Source of the DNA: Lama glama
Taxonomy: Eukaryota
NCBI GenBank assembly: GCA_028534125.1
Contig: CM052832.1
Coordinates: 19,098,001 to 19,162,000 of the forward strand
Reading direction: 5' to 3'
Length of the DNA stretch: 64,000 nucleotides
The notes beneath the pieces were generated by a model that saw only the letters and a list, made by a program, of their open reading frames with translations, did not search any database and had not been told where the DNA came from. Positions within the stretch are counted from its first letter, which is position 1. Every line of letters starts with the position of its first letter. Below are positions 55,280-64,000 of this stretch, piece after piece. The translations under genes and the position numbers were made by a program.

Positions 55280-55685
55280 AATTGAATACTACTCAGCCAT
55301 AAAAAAGAAATACTGCCATTTGCAGCAATATGGATGGACACAGAGATTGTCATTCTAAGTGAAATAAGTCAGAAAGAGAAAAAAATACCATAAGATATCA
55401 CTTATATGTAGAACCTAAAAAAAAAGGACCCAAAGAACTTATATACAACACAGAAACAGACTCACAGACAGAGAACAAACTTATGGTTACCAGTGGGTAA
55501 AGAGGGTGGGAAGGGATAAATTGGGAATTTGAAATTTGCACATCCTAGGGATTGATGGAAATGTTAGCTTTCTTGATTGTGGTGGTGGTTTCATTGGTGT
55601 ATACATCTATCAAAATTCATCAGATCTGAAATATGTGTAGTTTACTGTACATGAATCATACCATAATAAAGCTGTTTTTAAAAAA
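55150..55685 (+). mobile_element. LINE-1 3' end with (GT)n microsatellite (about 55215-55255), within MLT-like sequence
   Basis: atgttcacagcagcactatttacaatagccaagacatgg...acaaacttatggttacc. Confidence 0.8.
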
Positions 55686-56060
55686 GCCAGTGAGAGGTTT
55701 GCCACATTCCTGTTTTCTGCTTCATTGATCACAGAAGCATGTGATGCTCTGTAATTCTATTCCCAAAAGTCCATGATGAGCATTCTCCCTGTAGACCTGC
55801 AATAGAAATATAGTGTGATAGATAAACCACTGTTGTTTAAGCCACTGAGTATAAATTACTGCTGTCCAGGGTCAGCAAACTACAGCCTGCAGGCCAGCTG
55901 TTTTATTAAAATTTTGATAAAATCTTAATTGGAACACAGCCATGCACGTTTGTTTATGTTTGTTTACATATTGTCTATGGCTGCTTTCATGCTACAGTTG
56001 AGTTGAATAATTGCAACAGAGACCATGTGGCCTTCAAGTCAAAAATATTTACTATCTTTT

Positions 56061-56236
56061 GGCTGCTCTCACTCCCTCATCCTTGGAGACAGCCCGCACT
56101 CTGTCTGTGGAGTGTGTATCTACTTTTACTTTAACTTAAGCACCCAACCCCGACACCTCATGCCTTTCTCTTGGCTTCTGAGACAGCCTACACTATGTAT
56201 CTCTCTAAATAAATCTACCTTTACTCAAAAAAAAAA
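56061..56236 (+). mobile_element. Polyadenylated LTR-derived retrocopy (R-region-like)
   Basis: AATAAA 56208-56213, poly-A 56227-56236, 14-bp TSD atttactatctttt (56047-56060 / 56236-56249). LTR origin is from recall. Confidence 0.65.
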
Positions 56237-56257
56237 TTTACTATCTTTTTCTTGCCA

Positions 56258-56383
56258 ATTTTTTTCTTTTGAGTGGGAGGTAATTAGGTTTACTTACTTA
56301 TTTTTAGAGGAGGTACTGGAGATTGAACCCAGGACCTTGTGTATGCTAAGCATGTACTCTACTACTTGAGCTATACCCTCCCC
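56258..56383 (-). mobile_element. Vic-1-type SINE
   Basis: ggaggtaattaggttt...gattgaacccaggacc...tgagctataccctcccc. Confidence 0.88.
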
Positions 56384-56489
56384 GCTACTATCACTCTTTA
56401 AGAGAAAATGTGTTGACCTTGGCCTAGTCTATCCTGACTGTGATAGAACTAGATGTCTTTGTGGCTCCTACCTGTTTTGGTCACAACAC

Positions 56490-56945
56490 AGACAATGTTT
56501 ATGATAGCCAGCGTCCAAGATGGTGCTGGTGATCCCCATCTCTTGGTTTTCACATCCTTGTGCAGTTTCTTGTCACACTGAATAAGGGCTGACTTGTAAC
56601 AACCAATGTGGAAGTGATGGAGTATGACTTCCAAGCCTAGGTCATGAAAGACACCATAGCTTCCCTCTCCCTCTCTCTGAAATCACTCTGGAGGAGGCCG
56701 CCTACCATTTTCTGAGGACATTCAAGATGCCCTGTGGAGAAGTCCATGTTGGGAGACTGAGCCTTCTGCCAACAGTCATGTAAGTCAAGCCTTCAGATGA
56801 CTGCAGCCTTGGTCAACATCTTAACTGAGTTCAAATCACCCAGTTAAGCTGCTCCTGAATTCCTGACCCACAGAAATTATAGTATAATACATGTGTGTTG
56901 TTTTAAACTGCTAAGTCTTGGCATAATTTGTTATGCAGAAATAAT
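56490..56945. mobile_element. MLT1-type MaLR LTR
   Basis: caagccttcagatgactgcagcc...ctgaattcctgacccacagaa...taatttgttatgcag. Confidence 0.7.
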
Positions 56946-58669
56946 GAATGCAGTGTTCAAATGAAAAAGTGTACTGGTACTCTGTATGCTTTGGATATAT
57001 TTGCCCATAGGATTTTATACACACACACCCTGAGAAGTGGGAAATTAAAAAGGAGAGTTAGGAGAGAGAAAGAAAGGAAGTAGGGAAAGAAGAACATGTT
57101 AAACAATAAAGAAAAACCATGGTGGGGAGTAAGTCCTCCTCTGCTTCTTCCTCTGGTTCGTACCCGTGTTCCAGATGCAGGACAATGCTAGTTACCTGGC
57201 CAAATCTTATTTTCTGAGGCTGTAACTTGCTTTAGGCCTTCAGTAAATATTTAATTATCAGCTTACAAATAAGTACTGACCTCTATAGTTTGGATCTACA
57301 CGAAATTAGGGTAAGACTAGAAGAAAAATGAACTATCTCCTTATGATCCCCTCCAAAAGGGTAAGAAAAGGCCTCAGAACAAATATAGTTTCTCTTTTTA
57401 TATCATTTTTGTTTAGAAACCACATAACTCTGTTGTGGATGGGAGGGCTGTATGTGCTAGACCATGTGCTGTGAATAATCCCTATTGGGCTGTGGAATTG
57501 TATTACCCCATATTATCAGTTATCTTAGATGGTAAACCTATAAAGTTGCAATCTGCAAATTAGGCCCCTGATGCTGCTGCTTTTAGGCTCGAACTGGACA
57601 GTATCAGAACTAGTTCTTTAGGCCTGGGTAGTCTAGGCATACTTACTCTGTGTAGATGTTTATCATGCTTATTAAACCGTAAATCATAAACATAACCAAA
57701 ACTCGAAACCCATGTCTGATGAACAGTTGTATTCATGAAGGGACAAAATATTTGGGAATTCCTGGAAAATCAAGTATGCTTGCTGGACATAAAGATGACT
57801 GGGAGTGGGGGGTTGATGTTGAGAACACCAGATTTTGTGAGAGAAGAGAATGTGTGTTCAGACAATATAGATTTCAAACGTGAAAGAGAAGGCTGGTTCT
57901 TTTTAGAATAGTGAAGAACAATTGTCAAATATTTTACTGGCAATCTTATTGTCATATATTTAGGCTATGTAAACATATACTTGAGTAATCATTTCTTAAC
58001 TCAGAATAAATGCAGAAGGGTTGGTTTGCCTAGATTGGGAGGTTAACCTTGGAGCCATCTGGATTATTTCTTCAGGGAGGAGTTTGGCCCAGAACCTTCA
58101 GCACGAGTTATTTTATTAAAAATGTAAACCTCTGTGGTGGTATCTGCATTTCAACCAAGAAAATACCACATAATGTATCTAACTGTCTACAGGGAAGATC
58201 AGCAGGTATTTTTAGTCAAGGTGCCACCATCATCACTCCACAAATTGTGTTTGAAGCAGCCTAACTCCAAAGAAGCTACTTGTAACATAATTAAGTGGAC
58301 TTTTTCCACAGTTAACAAAGCTAAATCTCAAGTGAGTTCTAAGTTTTATCTGAATTTCATCGAGGAACGTTATGGTTACAGCTTTTAAAAAAGTAATTTC
58401 CTATGATTATCTTTCCCATTTTTACCCCTTCCAGGTTGCAGAGAAAATTGAGCTAGAAGTGTTTCTTCCTCTAGGGCACATTGCTATTTCTTGCCTCATC
58501 TCACTACGACCTGACACAGACCCACAGCTCACAGCGTCATAGGATTTGTTCAGCTTGTGACCAGGTATCACCAATTCTATTTCATAGCAGCTGAAACTGA
58601 AAACTTCATTTTTTACTTCAACATCCTGTTTTTTCATGATTATTATAGGAGTGTAATATTTTTTCAGTG

Positions 58670-59712
58670 GTTTCATTGATAAGATACCAGAAGCACAAGG
58701 AACAAAAGAAAAAAAAATAAAATGGACTTCAACAAAATTAAAAACTTCTGTATTGCAAAGACCACCATCAAGAAAGTGAAAACCACAATCCACAGAATGG
58801 GAGAAAATATTTTCACATTGTATATTTGATAAGGGACTCACATCTGGAATAAAGAACTCCTAAATCTCAGTAATAAAAGACAAGTAACCCAACTCCAAAA
58901 AATGGCAAAAATCTCTGAAGAGAAATTTCTCCAAGGAAGATAGAAGAATGGCCAAAAACACACAAAAAGATGCTCATCACCATTAATCATTAGGGAAAGG
59001 CATATTAAAACCGCCATGAGACACCCACCTCACACCCACTAGGATGACTGTAGTCAAAAAAACAGAAAATAACAAGGATGTGCAGAAATTAGAGCCCCCA
59101 TACACTGCTGGCTGGAATGTGGCTGGTGCCACTTTGTAAAACAGTCTGGCAGTTTCTCAAAGGGTTAAAGATAAGAGTTAACATTTGCCCTGGCAATTCC
59201 ACCCAAGAGAACTGAAAACGTAAGTCTACCCAAAAACATTTACACAAATGTTCATAGCATTTTATTCTTAATAAACAAAGAGCAGAAACAGAAGTCCATC
59301 AACTGATCAATGGATAAACAAAATATGGAATATCCATACAATGGAATGTTACGCAATATAAGAGTTAAGTAGTGAAACAAGCTACAACACAGAAGAACCT
59401 TGAAAACATGAGGCTAAATAAAGAAGCTGGTCACAAGGACCACATATTGTATGATTCCATTTCTATGAAATGTCCAGAGAAGGCAAATCTCTAGAGACAG
59501 AACATGGAATAGTGGCTGCCTACGGTTGGGGAGAAGAGGAGTGACTGCTAATGGATATGGGGTTTCTTGTTTGAGTGATGAAATATTCTAAAATTCTGGT
59601 GACGGTTGCAAAACTCTGTGCCTATACTAATATACATTGAATTGTTCACTTTAAATAGGTAAATTTTGTGGTGTGTGAATTTTATTTCCAATAAAGCTGT
59701 TATTTTAAAAAA
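58670..59712 (+). mobile_element. LINE-1 (L1MB/MC-like) 3' region
   Basis: cacagaatgggagaaaatattt...tgtatgattccatttctatgaaatgtccaga...caataaagctgtt. Confidence 0.85.
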
Positions 59713-60399
59713 CAAATTCTTCCATACAGATGACCATAGATTCAAATCGGGGCCAGATCAAGAAGACACGAAGCAGTGCTGTATTTTTCTAGTATCTTTT
59801 TTTTAAACCAATTTCATAAACTACCTGAAATCGTCAATTTTTACCTTTGTGAGTTTTACGCACAGTTACCATGATGTGATTGTGAAAATCAATCAGAGAA
59901 GCACTAGAAAAATGCTAGATTTATCTTACAGGTTAGCTGTGGATAATTTATTTAGAAGGGTGGGTCCAATTCTTTTGGGTCATGGATGAAAAAAATGTCA
60001 TTGCAAGTTATCTATTTTGATTTTACCCAGTGAAGAGCAGTAGTTTGGTGACCCAATAGAGTTCTAAAGTTTCATCACAAAGAGTAGTAGCTCATAAAGG
60101 ATTATGTAGGCTTTGCTTTTGTTGAGTGTTGACTTTACTTATTTATATAACTGGGTTTTAATCGGCGCATCGGAGCTCTGAACAATGCGACTCAACGCTG
60201 TCAAAGCCGTGTGATTCAAAGACATGTGCGTCCGTTCCACTCATATTTTGAGGAAGACACAGAACCACGTAAGGGACAGGTCCTAGGTCTGAGGTCCTGA
60301 GGGATCCCCACATGAACTGTGTTCTCAAAATAGGGAGAAAATGATCCACGGAGCAGCTTCAGCCGTTTTTCTCCCAAGTCACAGTAGCAACGCTCCAAG

Positions 60400-62460
60400 A
60401 AAGCATAGATCTTCTTCGGAAATAGAGGACCGCCCTCCCCCATGCGCACGTGGCGAGGTGGGGAACAGAGAGCCACGTGCGACCAACGTGCACCACCTTC
60501 TGCTGCTCGCTGTTTAAATTCCAGGTAATGGAGATGAATTCTCGCGGCAAGATACGGCGGGACAGACCCTTTGAGGGACTGCCAATCTGTGAGTTAGGGA
60601 TAAAACCACAATGAACTGAAAAGTGAATCGCCCCCTGTCCTTCCAACATACACTTTCCTTTTCCTGCTTCACTCCGCCCCACGTTCGCTTACTCTCCGCC
60701 CACCGGCTCCGCCCGGTCTAGCGCCCTGCCCGAGTCTGAAGCGGACTGGAACCCGGAAGAGCGATTCCATCCGGGTGCTTTTTCGGGGACGGCATAAGGG
60801 CGTGGCTTTATGACGACTGCGGGGGGAGGGGCGAGGGGCCTGTAGGGACTGGGAGCCCTGACGGGGTGGAGGGAGAATGGGTCGCCCATGTCCACGCCCC
60901 ATCCTGGGCAATAGGGGAGTCTCTATTCTCAAACTCCCCTATGAAGCTGGAATATTAACTAAGAAGTTTAAATTCATAGAGTCACCCTTTTAAAAGCTTC
61001 CTCACACCCTCTGCTCCTGCGCTTCTTTCCTCTCTCCTTGATAACCCTGCAAACCTTCCCATCTCCAGCCTCTTCTCCCCCTTCGTTCCTGCGCAGATGG
61101 TGGCGGCCCGGGGGATGCGCAGCCGCAGAGAGTTCGGGGCGGTGCCGGTGAGGGGCGGGTGACGCAGCGGCCGTCGCTGCCATTTTAAGTTGTTTGTTCT
61201 CGCTTCTCTTCCCAAACGCGACTCTGCCCCGGACCCGGGAGGCGCCTAAGGCTGCCGCCGCCGCTTCCGCAGCCACCGGTGGGGGGCAACGAGGCTGTGC
61301 CACCGCGGACGCTCACCCTCCGCTTCGGGTTTTCCCCCATCCGAGTCTCCTCGACCTTCTTGCCTGAGAGCCGGAGCCCGACCCGTGGGGAGAAGAGAGA
61401 CTCCAGAGCAGATGCTTGAACTGAAATAACTTTATCCTGGGGGGTTTACTTCGCTGACAGACCCCCTTAGCGCAGGGCTCCCTTCCCCTCCCTCCCCTCC
61501 CCCTCCGCCGCCAGTTCAAATCCGACCCCCCTCTTCCTCCTCGTTCCTTCCTCCTCTTTTTCTCTCGCCGTCTCCGCGTCCTTCCCCTCCGCCGCCGCCC
61601 GGGGCGCCGAGCCAGACTATGGGTCCCAGGTGGGGGCTGAGCGGCGGCAGCAGCGCGGGCGGCCCGGTCACAGTGCGCACTGCAGCGGGGATGGAGGGGC
61701 TCAGTTGGCTGGTGGTTTTCTCTTGACATGGCTCCTGCCCGTGCTGCGAGCAGCGCCCCCGCCGCCGCCTTCTCTTCCGCCGCCGCCGCCGCCACCGCTC
61801 CGCCCGCAGGCTGCGGCTAGAGGGCCCGAACCCCGCCCGAGAGTCGGTCAGTGAGTCCCGGTCTCCGCGGGGACAGGGAGGGGATTTCCCCGTCACCCAC
61901 CCCGCCCCAGCCGCCTCGAGTCCACCCTCTGCCCTTTTGGGAGACCAACTAACGACCCCGCCCTAAACAATCCAAACTCGGGAAACATGGTCTGTTCAAC
62001 GTGAGAGCGAGCTGAATCCGCAATCCGGGAACTTAGTTTTTTTTTCTTGGGGGGTGGGGTGGGCATACTTTAAAAAGTAATTTAATATTAACGCAACTAT
62101 TTTCTTTTCTTCTCACTGATCCTTCCCATTTATTCTTTCCCGCCTCCTCTACCCGGGCGGGGATTGTTTCCACGATGAAATGAGTGAAAACCCGAGTGAT
62201 CCAGTGTCTCCCGTGGTGCGAGTGAGTCGCTGCCGCTGAAGGCAAAGGGTGGGGGTGGGACCTGGGGGGTGGAAGACAGGTGGTCCCCGGGCACGGCCTG
62301 GGATTTGGGAAAAGAACCCGCCACCTTTGCCTCAGCCATGCTCACAAGAAGATAAGTCGCGCTCCCCACGATCTTGCACGGGGGCAACTCATAGGGAAGG
62401 CTCCCTCGGGGAATGTAGGACTCATTGCAGGACTGGGGGTGTTGGGGTCCCGGGCATTAA
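60400..62460 (+). promoter_or_regulatory. C6orf62: C6orf62 CpG island/promoter with candidate upstream non-coding exon (about 61180-61850)
   Basis: CpG-dense; CACGTG E-boxes at 60447 and 60474; ETS ccggaag near 60753; GC box; YY1-type gccatttt at about 61179; donor ca|gtgagt at 61851; (GCC)n runs. Confidence 0.7.
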
Positions 62461-63432
62461 TCAGGTCTAACCACAGAGCCGGAATCATTATATCGTATTA
62501 TATACCCCCTTTCCCTCTGCCATCATGATTCTCCTTGGCAGCAGCATTAGCAGCCGCCTGCGGGTGAAAATGTGGGTGATGGGGAAGTTGGTAATGACTC
62601 CGCTGTTTTTTCTTATGGCTCCTTTGGGCAACAGCTGCCCGCCCCCGGTATACACTGTAGTTGATTGCAGGGAAACCCTGTACCTCTCCCCTTCCTTCTC
62701 TACCGATTTTGCACTTTTCTCTTTGCTCACCACCAAGTGTAATCAATAACAAGCACTGACAATACATAGCAATAGTGAAATCTGAAATAACTAAGAATTA
62801 GGTACTACAGCCATGGATCTGGCTGGGTAAAATCCAATTGGATATTTCAGTTTCATTCACCTACCCTGTTTTTGGTGTTTTGGGGGGGTTATTTTGGTGG
62901 TATTTTTTTTTCCTTTTTTTTTCTTTTTTGGTATTTGGAAAGCAAGGATCACACTTCCCCCTTCCCACTCCTTTTCATAATCCTTTCTCTAAAAAAAGGG
63001 GAAAAAAATCCGGATGGATTTTAAGGATTGGACTGGTGTCAGCTGTGTTTTATTGCACACCTAAATCCTGATAATAGTTTTTTCATTCCCCCACCTTTAT
63101 TTTGGCAGTTAAGCCAAATGTGTTTTCCAAAAAATTAGTTCAAGTATTTTCTGCTCTTTCTTTCCTTCCTCCCCTTCCTTTTTCCCATCCAACCCCAAAC
63201 GTTATTGTCCAGACATGACTGGACAGCAGCTTTTGTTTCTTGCCCCTGTAATATGACAGTCTGCTAATATTGCCAGAAGGTGCAGTTTTTGGGTTACAGT
63301 CGTGATTTTAGCTATTCAATCATATTAGCAGGAAAAAAAATGACTTGTTTCTGTTGTACTTGAGTCTTAAGAAAAAGTGCCCATAGTTTAGTGACAATTT
63401 CCAAAGGCTTTAGTACCACCTGTATTTCAAAA

Positions 63433-63561
63433 ATGGGGGACCCAAACTCCCGGAAGAAACAAGCTCTGAACAGACTACGTGCTCAGCTTAGAAAGAAAAA
63501 AGAATCTCTAGCTGACCAGTTTGACTTCAAGATGTATATTGCCTTTGTATTCAAGGAGAAG
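63433..63561 (+). CDS. C6orf62: C6orf62 first coding exon, [43 protein letters not shown] (gene continues beyond window)
   Basis: Strong Kozak aaaATGg; 129 nt; donor aag|gtaatt at 63562; recognised N-terminus; expected head-to-head synteny with GMNN. Confidence 0.92.
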
Positions 63562-64000
63562 GTAATTTAAAGTTCTTAATATGAATTAGCACAAGTGATT
63601 TTTGTAAGTGTATAAAGTTGTTAGGTTAAAGAGTCGTTGGCAAAAGTCTACATCTGTCTACTATAACTTTGACCCTTACGGTTAATTATCTGAATAGATG
63701 GAGTTGCGGGGTAGTGAATGGAAGGCTTGAGTACTGATTGGTTTCGAAATACTTAATTCTAAAGCTTAGTAGGATCCACTTTTACTTAACAGGGAGTGGA
63801 TAGCATTGTAAAACTCTTCATTTATGTTTTACAACAAATTTCATTTATGTAGAGTTACATAGAGAACTTGATAATTGAATTTAAAGATTGTCTAAAGTGT
63901 TACAGGATGTTTGAAAGTAGTAAATTAGAATCAAAATGTTTATGTGCAAAAAGCAGTCTTCATCTCCATGTTGTAGATACTTTTTCTCATGGTACAGTTA

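Larger units (their letters stand above)
55866..56425. mobile_element. MER58-like DNA transposon split by two retroposed inserts
   Basis: cagggtcagcaaactacagcc...aaaatatttactatc; resumes after the inserts as tactatcactctttaagagaaaatgtgttgacc. Confidence 0.7.

Noticed and set aside
61313..61896. Ala/Arg-rich ORFs in the C6orf62 CpG island
   Set aside because: Explained by (GCC)n and purine/pyrimidine-rich promoter composition; mostly non-ATG starts.
62525..62749. 74-aa hydrophobic ATG ORF upstream of the C6orf62 leader
   Set aside because: No recognisable family and no evidence it lies in a transcript; length is compatible with chance.

Overview
Mammalian (eukaryotic) genomic DNA, most likely a camelid, judged from several tRNA-derived Vic-1-type SINEs. 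The window is syntenic with the human 6p22.3 block RIPOR2(FAM65B)-ARMH2(C6orf229)-GMNN-C6orf62. It holds the last two coding exons and 3'UTR of RIPOR2 (+), complete two-exon ARMH2 (+, 230 aa), complete geminin GMNN (-, six coding exons, 210 aa, CpG-island promoter cut by a 500-N gap), about 32 kb of repeat-rich intergenic DNA, and the CpG island, uORF-rich leader and first coding exon of C6orf62 (+). Exon boundaries were read by hand and join in frame. Gene and repeat-family names come from recalled sequences, not database searches, and repeat boundaries are approximate unless TSDs are quoted. I found no convincing wholly new multi-gene system. The best leads are: a five-uORF Cys-rich leader before C6orf62; a perfect 33-bp inverted repeat in the last GMNN intron; an L1 split by a TSD-flanked 1.8-kb insert of apparently older sequence; a polyadenylated LTR retrocopy in a nested insertion hotspot; and a CpG-rich orphan L1 5'UTR between RIPOR2 and ARMH2.
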